A DNA stretch of 63,962 nucleotides, the filler included, from Sanchytrium tribonematis (Eukaryota), in assembly GCA_018985235.1 (NCBI GenBank). It is 6 parts of 6 records of this genome, joined end to end, with 100 filler letters (N's around TTAATTAATTAA, not from the genome) between each part and the next. Parts side by side here need not be neighbours in the genome. Positions count along the whole stretch, not along the records: positions 54,424 to 63,962 come from JADGIG010000326.1; 5 more parts are not named here. The stretch is one strand, 5' to 3'. A program made the position numbers and the translations under genes. Positions 54,424-63,962 of this stretch are shown here, piece after piece. The notes beneath the pieces were generated by a model that was given only the letters and a program-made list of their open reading frames with translations, made no database searches and was not told the origin of the DNA. Within the stretch, counting starts at the first letter, position 1; every line of letters starts with the position of its first letter.

Positions 54424-54728
54424 TACTGAAGCCCGCTTTGAAAAAGATGAAGAAAGTAACCACACCGAAACTCCAAACCATTAACAAAGGATGTAAATTA
54501 AACCATGATAATCCTCCTAGAAATCTTTGATTTGTTCTGCCATCAAATACCCATACGGTGATAAGCATAGCTCCTATAACTTGCGCAAGGTAGCCAGCAA
54601 CCAAAATCATATTAGGGCCTAACTCTTCACGAAAAATATGTCTTTCAGGCAATAATGGTGTTGTCTCGTCTTCAGATCTAACAATTATGTGATTACTTTC
54701 TTCATCTTTTTCAAAGCGGGCTTCAGTA
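54424..54728. repeat. 36-bp perfect inverted repeat (54424-54459 / 54693-54728) at the contig edge, probable amplification chimera
   Basis: TACTGAAGCCCGCTTTGAAAAAGATGAAGAAAGTAA and its exact reverse complement. Confidence 0.85.
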
Positions 54729-54733
54729 GACAT
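54460..54733 (-). CDS. Cytochrome b561 family, 5' part
   Basis: ETTPLL N-terminus, TM segment, GGLSWFNLHPLLMV heme-His motif. Confidence 0.7.
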
Positions 54734-54796
54734 TCTGTTTGACTAAAAATCCCTGGAACCCATTAAAATGTGTGGTCTAAATTTTTGACAAATAAT

Positions 54797-55216
54797 TTAT
54801 TCAGAATTAGTCTGGCTAAAAATCTTGTCAAACTCTTCTGCACGTTGTTGGAAAAACTGTTGAACTAGAACTAAATTCTCTTTTGCTTGATTTTTCACAA
54901 ATTTTGAATTTATCAAATGATGCATGTTCTGAAGTATAATAAGCATCTCCTGGGCATCTTTTTTGGCATAAATATTATCGTAACTCAAGTTTTGAAATAA
55001 ATTTAAAAGAGTCTGATGTAACTCGATTAATAGACCTTTTAGTTCGTCTTTAGTGCCTTCTTGATACTTTTTTGGCACCCCAAAATCCTCCAACATAATC
55101 TCTTTATACTCTGTTTCAATCTCCATTCCGAATGCAACTACTTTCTCGGGTATTTCTGGTGTATCTAAATTTTCATTGTCATACCAAAACGGTGGCTTGG
55201 GAAACGGCGACTCCAT
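54797..55216 (-). CDS. MED7: Mediator subunit Med7
   Basis: SPFPKPPFWY, P.IP....FG, NMHHLIN..QAKE.L. Confidence 0.8.
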   Translation of the reverse strand: MESPFPKPPFWYDNENLDTPEIPEKVVAFGMEIETEYKEIMLEDFGVPKKYQEGTKDELKGLLIELHQTLLNLFQNLSYDNIYAKKDAQEMLIILQNMHHLINSKFVKNQAKENLVLVQQFFQQRAEEFDKIFSQTNSE

Positions 55217-55250
55217 GTTTCGTTTTCACTGCCATCTGTTTAAAATTTTA

Positions 55251-56081
55251 TTAACCAGGAATCTCACCTTCTTCAAGCTCCTCGTCAACTTCATTCTTTT
55301 TTACTTGGGATATCACTGGATTGTTGAGCTGAGCGGCTCTAGGTAATTTCACAATTGGCAATTCTTTGTATTCTACTTTAATTTCCTGTTCAACTCTGTT
55401 CTTTCTATGATACTCTTTTAGCAAATCATAACATGCAGATTCAACAAGATCAAGTTCAGCCTCTTTTAACTCGACCAAAGTCCACCAACCTTGCAGTTCT
55501 GAGCTAATAGGTTCGCTGAAAAATACAACTTTTAGAATACAACCAGCCATAAATAGGGATGCGGCTACAAGAGTAGCAGCTTTCACTTTGCAGCATATAA
55601 TAGTGCGACAAAAATCACCCAAAATGGTGTAAGTCAATTGAAAATGAGCAAAATTTAAATTCTCCCTCCTTCGAATGTTTGTCAATATGAGAAAAGGATC
55701 TTGCAAATCAACCTGAAAATTCAATTGATGCAATAAGTAAGGTTCCATATATAATACAATTCTTTTCCATTTAGCATATTCGATTTGAGTGGAACGCAAA
55801 TGGCTGTCTTCATTTTTTTTAGCTTTTCTGTTTATAACATTGATGATCTCATCATTATTCACTCGAAATTCCTGAAGTTTGTATGCGATGTATAAACTAC
55901 CAACTGCCACATCATAAAATTTGCGATCCTTAAATCTTCTTTTAACATCAGGCATCATATATGCCCTCTGTAAAATAACACTGGATATATAAAATGTAGA
56001 ATATGGCAAGTTTAGAGAACAAATTGCACTATACAAAGTCTCCAAACCACGATCAACTGTCTCTTGCAAACTCAGAGACAT
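55251..56081 (-). CDS. Transcriptional cyclin (T/K/L-type, Pch1-like)
   Basis: Cyclin box LQRAYM..VAVGSLYIAYKLQE, E.YLL..LNF, acidic tail ELEEGEI. Confidence 0.75.
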   Translation of the reverse strand: MSLSLQETVDRGLETLYSAICSLNLPYSTFYISSVILQRAYMMPDVKRRFKDRKFYDVAVGSLYIAYKLQEFRVNNDEIINVINRKAKKNEDSHLRSTQIEYAKWKRIVLYMEPYLLHQLNFQVDLQDPFLILTNIRRRENLNFAHFQLTYTILGDFCRTIICCKVKAATLVAASLFMAGCILKVVFFSEPISSELQGWWTLVELKEAELDLVESACYDLLKEYHRKNRVEQEIKVEYKELPIVKLPRAAQLNNPVISQVKKNEVDEELEEGEIPG

Positions 56082-56092
56082 CCGTGTTTCAA

Positions 56093-56656
56093 TCACAATA
56101 TTTTTATTCCAGTTTCATCAAAAGATGGATTTTTAATTATTTGAAGTTTCTTTTGTTTTTCTAGCTCATCTAAAGACATTTTCAAAATTTCCAACGGGCA
56201 TTTCTGAAAATCATAATCTACATACTGATCCCCTCTAAGTTCAAATCCAGTATACAATTGTGGAGGAAGTCGCAAAAGGCTTTCAGTTACTTCTGCTATT
56301 GAATAGCTCATAACAATATAAGTTTGATCATGCTTGACCACTTGTTTGTATCCACCACTGAGACATTCTGTTTCCAAAAGCAACTCTTTTTTTGGCAATT
56401 CACTTAATTCGCTTGTGGAAATACAAACCTTCTTATCGGCCATAAATTTCAATATTTCTTTTATAAATTCAATATGGCATCGTCTATTAATTTTTGGATT
56501 TCCAAATAATGTTGAATTTTGCCAAATTTCCGCATTTAGTTTGCAACAATTATTAGATTTACAGAAAGATTTTATATGGTCGGACCATTTCTCCAATTGA
56601 CTCTGTCTAACCCTTTCATTTGGTTGACGGGTATAGTATGGTGCAAAGTCAAACAT
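56093..56656 (-). CDS. VPS25: ESCRT-II subunit Vps25
   Basis: FAPYYTRQPN...QLEKW, LFGNPKINRR, terminal GIK. Confidence 0.85.
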   Translation of the reverse strand: MFDFAPYYTRQPNERVRQSQLEKWSDHIKSFCKSNNCCKLNAEIWQNSTLFGNPKINRRCHIEFIKEILKFMADKKVCISTSELSELPKKELLLETECLSGGYKQVVKHDQTYIVMSYSIAEVTESLLRLPPQLYTGFELRGDQYVDYDFQKCPLEILKMSLDELEKQKKLQIIKNPSFDETGIKIL

Positions 56657-56698
56657 GATTCGAAGGAGAAGTTTCGTAAATTATAGTGATGATTTTAT

Positions 56699-58171
<1,473 letters not shown>

Positions 58172-58267
58172 CTAGTAAATTTGCAATAGTTAAGTTGGTG
58201 TGCATTGAATTGCAATATTAAAAAGCTTAATTTATTGCTAATAAAAACATAAATTTTTTCAAAGTTG

Positions 58268-59566
58268 TTAATCGAAATTACAGATTATCAATTTTCCATC
58301 ATCCGAACCACTAACAATTTTAACTTCATCCATTTGGATGCACCTCACATCCGCATCGTGTAATTGAAGCGTTAATTTCACTTCTCCACTATGATTCCAA
58401 ACTTTTACAACACCATTGACAGATCCAGAGATAATTCTTTGCTGATTTATGCAAACAGTCCAAATTCCAGATGAATGTCCATAAAACTCGACTGACTTGT
58501 TTTCCTTAACGTGCCATAGCTTAATTATGTTCTCCAAGTCTCCTGAAAGAATAAAGTCAGGGAAATTGGAGCAATCTTCAATTGACAAATTTGAAAAATG
58601 CAATGATTCTTTAGGAGACCAGACGCTGAGTCCCTGAACCTGCCCACCATGCTCAAAAATCCTTATGCAGTTGCGAGATTGAAGGTCCCACAATCTCACG
58701 GTATTGTCATCTGCGCAACTCACTATCGACGCTTTTTTGTACAAAATTACTCGATTTATCCAGTCTTCGTGACCGAACAACTGATCGGTTTCGCCAGTCT
58801 GGAAATTCCAAATCTTAATGCTGTTATCGTTGCTTCCAGTCACTACAAAATTATCTTCAAAATCGACGCAAGTTATTCCTTCAGTGTGTGCATCGTTGAA
58901 TGTCCTTAAACATTTGCCATCATTGTAATTCCATATTTTTATAGATTTGTCCATTGAAACTGATATCAACTTGTCACCATCACATTTCAAGCCTCTAACG
59001 CAACCGCTGTGTCCAACGAGGCGCCTTTTGAGTTTTCCACTTCCCATATCCCATACAATCACTTCCTTGTCCCATCCTCCACTTATCAATATATTTCCAT
59101 AGAAATACAGCGCTGTAATACCATCCGCATGCCCAGTTAAAGTTCTGGTTCGAAATTTTCCAAGCCTCCAGTTTTTTTCCACTCTCATTCGTTTTTCATA
59201 AACTCTTTTCCATCCTATATTTATATCGGTATCCAATGATGGTAGAGACCATCCACACTTGGAGCATTCCTTATGAATATGCTGAAAACACAGATGCTGC
59301 CAAACTTGTTCCGATTCTGATATCTCTAGCCAGATTTTGGATACGGCTCCGCTTTTACACACAGATTTTGCATCTAAATAAGTGAATACTTTTGTTGCTA
59401 ATTCTTTCGGTAAATATTTGATAAAATCAATTTTATATAAATTTTCTAACTTTTCTCGGAATTCGTTTTTGTTTTCAATGCTCAAAGAAGAAACGAGATC
59501 GAGTAAAGTTTCAATTTTATCACGATCATTTAATTTACAGAAAGTATTTCTTATCGTTGAATTCAT
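58268..59566 (-). CDS. MET30: F-box/WD40 sulfur regulator Met30/SconB/Pof1
   Basis: DFIKYLPKEL F-box, CFQHIHKECSKCGWSLP insert, WD40 repeats. Confidence 0.85.
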   Translation of the reverse strand: MNSTIRNTFCKLNDRDKIETLLDLVSSLSIENKNEFREKLENLYKIDFIKYLPKELATKVFTYLDAKSVCKSGAVSKIWLEISESEQVWQHLCFQHIHKECSKCGWSLPSLDTDINIGWKRVYEKRMRVEKNWRLGKFRTRTLTGHADGITALYFYGNILISGGWDKEVIVWDMGSGKLKRRLVGHSGCVRGLKCDGDKLISVSMDKSIKIWNYNDGKCLRTFNDAHTEGITCVDFEDNFVVTGSNDNSIKIWNFQTGETDQLFGHEDWINRVILYKKASIVSCADDNTVRLWDLQSRNCIRIFEHGGQVQGLSVWSPKESLHFSNLSIEDCSNFPDFILSGDLENIIKLWHVKENKSVEFYGHSSGIWTVCINQQRIISGSVNGVVKVWNHSGEVKLTLQLHDADVRCIQMDEVKIVSGSDDGKLIICNFD

Positions 59567-59616
59567 TTGTGAAAGATAAAGAGGGGAGTAACTGAGCAAT
59601 TGTTACAAACTCAAAT

Positions 59617-60204
59617 TTATTGTCGGGGAGGGGATTGGGCTTGAGCAGATGACTGAGCCTGGGCCTGAGCAAATGCCCCAAACATTCTAAGTCCAGACAT
59701 TCCACCAGGTAAAAATGAAGCTTTGGAATTTTTACATTTGTAGTATCCATATAAATTTGATCCCTGTAGCATAACTGCAGCAGCACAAATTACAAGCCAA
59801 TGAAACTGCAATAAGTACAAAAATGCAAGAATAATCCAAACTAGTAAAAAACCCAAAGATGATGACCAAAATAAAAATGAATCGCTGCTATTTGCAACAT
59901 AATTAGGTCTTGACTCAAAAATCCATTGGTCTTCCATAGACCACCACCTGAGACCCACCAAAAGTCTACCGCTAACATTTTTGGTTGTCCAGAAATCAAA
60001 GGCAAGGCATAGTATACAAATTACAAATACCATAATATAATTATTCCCGGTCACAAAGTATCCAAATAAAAACATAAATAGAGCTGCAACCTTAAAAGCC
60101 AAATGAAATAATAAAGCAATGGGGTGAGACGATCTACTTATTATTGATTCTGGAGGGCCTTGAGACTGATCAATCGGAATAGCGTGAGTTTCTGGAGCTG
60201 ACAT
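59617..60204 (-). CDS. TVP23: Golgi membrane protein Tvp23
   Basis: HPIALLFHL, FDFWTTKNVSGRLLVGLRWW, WIFES, N.YGY.KC. Confidence 0.92.
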   Translation of the reverse strand: MSAPETHAIPIDQSQGPPESIISRSSHPIALLFHLAFKVAALFMFLFGYFVTGNNYIMVFVICILCLAFDFWTTKNVSGRLLVGLRWWSMEDQWIFESRPNYVANSSDSFLFWSSSLGFLLVWIILAFLYLLQFHWLVICAAAVMLQGSNLYGYYKCKNSKASFLPGGMSGLRMFGAFAQAQAQSSAQAQSPPRQ

Positions 60205-60502
60205 GTTTCAAAAGTATTGCAAAGCATTTAATTTGCAAATTTTTTTAGTTTACTTCATGCTTTCATAATCAATCATGTAATAATACTTATCAGCTGTAGA
60301 AAACGCATTTTTAAAAAAATTAAAAATTCTAACAAGCCTAAACATTTATTAATTCGAAAGAATTATTTAATTTTGAAAGAATCTCCACCATTTGATTTAA
60401 TAAAATTGATTTACACTAGCCACATTCTACGTTGCATACCTAACACGTCCTTTAATCCACTAACTTGCTTCTTTAAAACGGCTAAAGACGTCGGTTTCAA
60501 AT

Positions 60503-63500
60503 ATGATTCTTCAGTTTTTGAGTCTTCTATATGCGTATTCTGAATTTCTGAAATACGATGAAAGAGTGACTGACAAAGTCGTTGCAATTATAAGGACTTG
60601 CTCAAATTTAGACTGCAATAATATTGGCACAGATCTTATATCGCCAAACTTGGGAAAATATGTTTTGAGACTTCAAAATGGTCAAAATTTTATGTGGATT
60701 CGAGCTGATGCTAACGCATATCATATCAATTCAACTAACTCTGGTATGGGATACCCCGATATGTATTTTGTAGCTGATTATGATCGAAATCAGCTGAAAA
60801 GTTGTCAAAGTTATGAAAGTTGTGTAGGTAATTGGCTTGGTGGCATACTTGGTTTAAGTGTGAAAGAAAGGTACTACACGACTATTTTAGATGATTGCAC
60901 TGATCCAAATGTTATTCACTTAATTCCAAATTACCAAGCTACAACAACCGATTCATGTAATTCTGGTTCATTTTATGTTTCTAATGATGAAAGTTCACAA
61001 TTTTTTCTGAACACAACTACTTACAATGGATTTAGATATGCCAAGTTTCAACAGGGGGATTACGCGACCAATGATTACAGTATTTTATATACCAAAGTCA
61101 ATCAGCCTATTTCAAATTCAATTGGATCAATCTTGAATTATTTTACAGATGATTCTGTGTCACAGGTTAAATTCAATTGCTTTCAAGGAATTCCTCGAGC
61201 ACTTCTCTGTAATGGCGGTGGAAATCAAGGCAACAATAATCAGTATGGGACTGGTTGTTCTAATTTGATGGCGTTCAAGTTTAAACCTCGATATTGTTTC
61301 CAGAGCACTATGAATTTTAAATACAACTATTTTGATGCTGTCCAACACGTGGTATATAGTCAAACGACCACTAAAGGCTGTCTTGAAGGAAGTACAACGT
61401 ATCAAAATTTCAACGGTCAAATAGTTCCATCATTACGCTGTGGGTGGTGTGATGGATCAAATTGTAACTTTTTAGATACAAATGAAATTTCAACATATTC
61501 TCAAGGATTAATGAATGGTGAAGTATTCTATTTTGGAACAAAGGAAACACCATGTCAAGTAGGTACAGTTTCTATAATTAATAATTTTCGCTATAAAATC
61601 GAGAGCAAAATAGCATATTTTTCGATTAATCAACAAGACTGTCTCACAAATTTGTCTCCGGTATATGCTCAAGTTTATTTAAGAGGCTCAGACTATACAT
61701 CTCAAAATATCACAAAAGATGTTTATGTTTATTCGGGAAAAGGGTGCGAAACCTTGGAATACATTGCAAGATCCAACGTAACAAGTTGCGATGGCATTTT
61801 AGAAGAGCCAATTTGTGAGCCAAAAACATTTTTAGTAACGAGTTCCACTCAGTACCAAAAAGTATATTGCCAGGTCTCATATTCGAATCATGATAGTAGT
61901 GTTCAAAATTTTCCAACTTTCCAGAATTTGCCATATAATATTCCTGCAATTGCCCTCATGAATCAATATATTGATGTTGATTTTTATGCAAATGGCACAA
62001 AATTGATTTCAATCGACACAGGTGATGTGAATTTAACTTCACTGGGTTGTTCTGCTGGAGGATGCGTTGCAATTGGTTTGCAAGACTCTACAGATTTAGC
62101 GCAACCTAATATCAAGAAATTGCAAAGCATTACGCCCTATATTGAAATGGGATCAAATTCGATTATATACTCATTCTTGACAACAATTAACAATACCATT
62201 GTTGCTGGATATTACAACAAGACTGGAGTGACTGATTATCATTTAATTTTGCAACAAAGAGGTAATTCACCACCTACAAATTGTGCAGACAAATTTTGTT
62301 ATAAAGATATTTCTGGGCCTCTGACGAATGATTTCGGTGTTCTCTCATCTCAGTATGAGTACCTCACCACCATGAATTTCAATCGTAAATTGTATTTAGC
62401 AACAGTAAGAAGTGGAACATCTGTAGAAATATCTACGTACAAACTTTACCCTTTGAATAGAACAGAAACCTTCACTTATCCTATTTCACCTAATTTAAAT
62501 TATAATACTCAAATGGCTTATTCAGAAAACACCAAATCAGTATTCGCAATCTCACCAACTTCTCATATATCAGCCCAGCATTGTATATTGGTGCGTGAAT
62601 TTTCAAATTGCACAAATCCTGCAAAATTCATATATCCCCAAATTGATAATGACGCATGGTTATGGGATTCTGATGTTTTGTCTAAAGTGAATATCTCCTT
62701 TGATGCCAGCTATACTATCATTCAACAGTACGGTGTTCCATCTGATATAAATAATGTAAGATCAGCCATATTGAAATATGGTGGAGTTTATTTTAATAAT
62801 TCAATTTATGTAAATCCTGATAATGAGGGCACTGTAACATCTATTGAACTCAGTAATCCAATTAAATTTACAGTCCAACATGATTTATTTTTTGAGTCGA
62901 GTCCGTGCGTTAAAAGCAACTTTCTAGTGTACAATGATAAATTGTATTGGGCTATTTTCCAACAACAGCTAGATAATAATTTAGTATTGATTGAAATATC
63001 CACTAATGGAATGATCAAAAAAACCAAATATAATACTGGAAATCGTCAGTTTAGTACATTAAAACTCTCTTTAATAGAGGGTAATTTTTACATTGAAGCT
63101 GTTTCAAATAATTATCGTGAATTATTTTTATTAAGCGATGGATTCAAACATCGAGTGCTGCACCGATATGAAAACACCAAAGTGGGCTTTCCATTAAGTT
63201 TCCAAACAGCCACAGGCATCCACTATTTTCAAACTTTAAACAACATTACTCAATTGTATTTGTTGGGTAATTCTACACCTTTATATGCGACTCAGCCCAA
63301 TGCAATATCAAACAAATATTTAGGAGGATCAAATAACACCCAGTATCTCTATTTTAATTATTTAAATAGTGCAGAATTGGTTGCCATGACTGGCGATAAT
63401 TTCGTATCCAAAACTATATCACCAGATTTATTCATGTTGACCAAAGATGCGTATATTTATAAATCAAATCAACAATTTTCTTGTGAATTTATAACTTTAC

Positions 63501-63962
63501 CCAATGCTTGTACAATTAATATCCCAACGTCTTTAAATGATATTTTTATTCCTGATTTTAGCACTTCAAATCAAACATTATTTTTACAATATTTTAGAAA
63601 TGGAAACCAAATTGATGCTTATATGCAAATTATCTCATTAAATGGATTCGAATACAAAAATCAAACAAAATTATTATATTCAACTAAAAATCCTGATGTC
63701 TTAAAATCAAACTCAATTTATGCAACTGACAAATTTATTTACTTTACAACCACTGAAAACAAGAAGTACATTTTGCATATTATTCATTACAATGATCATG
63801 TATTTTCATATAAATCTGTCATTTTAAAACAATTAAATGCAAGTTTCAATGTAAAGTTGATGGACATGGATGGATCCTTGTTGGTATTTGGTGTGTATAA
63901 TGACAAATTAATGGCCTATGAATATGATCCATATGTTGGTTTGATGTCAGCAGTTCATTCTT
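60503..63962 (+). CDS. Very large secreted/surface orphan protein (>1150 aa), runs off the window end
   Basis: Manual translation from ATG 60503 (MILQFLSLLYAYS...) has no stop to the end; rich in Cys, Asn, Ser, Thr, Tyr and NxS/T sequons; absent from the ORF track. Confidence 0.85.
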   Translation, partial: MILQFLSLLYAYSEFLKYDERVTDKVVAIIRTCSNLDCNNIGTDLISPNLGKYVLRLQNGQNFMWIRADANAYHINSTNSGMGYPDMYFVADYDRNQLKSCQSYESCVGNWLGGILGLSVKERYYTTILDDCTDPNVIHLIPNYQATTTDSCNSGSFYVSNDESSQFFLNTTTYNGFRYAKFQQGDYATNDYSILYTKVNQPISNSIGSILNYFTDDSVSQVKFNCFQGIPRALLCNGGGNQGNNNQYGTGCSNLMAFKFKPRYCFQSTMNFKYNYFDAVQHVVYSQTTTKGCLEGSTTYQNFNGQIVPSLRCGWCDGSNCNFLDTNEISTYSQGLMNGEVFYFGTKETPCQVGTVSIINNFRYKIESKIAYFSINQQDCLTNLSPVYAQVYLRGSDYTSQNITKDVYVYSGKGCETLEYIARSNVTSCDGILEEPICEPKTFLVTSSTQYQKVYCQVSYSNHDSSVQNFPTFQNLPYNIPAIALMNQYIDVDFYANGTKLISIDTGDVNLTSLGCSAGGCVAIGLQDSTDLAQPNIKKLQSITPYIEMGSNSIIYSFLTTINNTIVAGYYNKTGVTDYHLILQQRGNSPPTNCADKFCYKDISGPLTNDFGVLSSQYEYLTTMNFNRKLYLATVRSGTSVEISTYKLYPLNRTETFTYPISPNLNYNTQMAYSENTKSVFAISPTSHISAQHCILVREFSNCTNPAKFIYPQIDNDAWLWDSDVLSKVNISFDASYTIIQQYGVPSDINNVRSAILKYGGVYFNNSIYVNPDNEGTVTSIELSNPIKFTVQHDLFFESSPCVKSNFLVYNDKLYWAIFQQQLDNNLVLIEISTNGMIKKTKYNTGNRQFSTLKLSLIEGNFYIEAVSNNYRELFLLSDGFKHRVLHRYENTKVGFPLSFQTATGIHYFQTLNNITQLYLLGNSTPLYATQPNAISNKYLGGSNNTQYLYFNYLNSAELVAMTGDNFVSKTISPDLFMLTKDAYIYKSNQQFSCEFITLPNACTINIPTSLNDIFIPDFSTSNQTLFLQYFRNGNQIDAYMQIISLNGFEYKNQTKLLYSTKNPDVLKSNSIYATDKFIYFTTTENKKYILHIIHYNDHVFSYKSVILKQLNASFNVKLMDMDGSLLVFGVYNDKLMAYEYDPYVGLMSAVHS

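Overview
AT-rich, extremely gene-dense eukaryotic DNA using the standard code. It is not one locus: six unrelated contigs of about 10.7-10.8 kb, in descending length order, are joined by 100-nt N/TTAATTAATTAA linkers. Gene content combines fungal hallmarks (Gti1/Pac2 WOPR, Con7-like C2H2, WC-2-like PAS-GATA, Met30, trifunctional His4) with ciliary genes (IFT56, IFT54, Tubby, K40 alpha-tubulin). This points to an early-diverging zoosporic fungus with a compact genome; a sanchytrid is my inferred best guess. Main observations: (1) a single-ORF non-LTR retrotransposon whose ORF1-like region is fused to APE-RT-RNaseH through three tandem ubiquitin/ThiS-like domains ending in a di-glycine (KQLGG), suggesting polyprotein processing by a host deubiquitinase; (2) ultra-short 19-20 nt GT-AG introns with an invariant A at -6; (3) an orientation-independent AAGGAG/CTCCTT hexamer just upstream of many start codons; (4) a frameshifted ZNFX1-like helicase-triple-AAA gene flanked by ~45-bp direct repeats; (5) orphan secreted paralogues sharing a highly conserved promoter element; (6) a dense bZIP-site cluster; (7) several genes missed by the ORF track. 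All homology calls come from motif recognition, not database searches.
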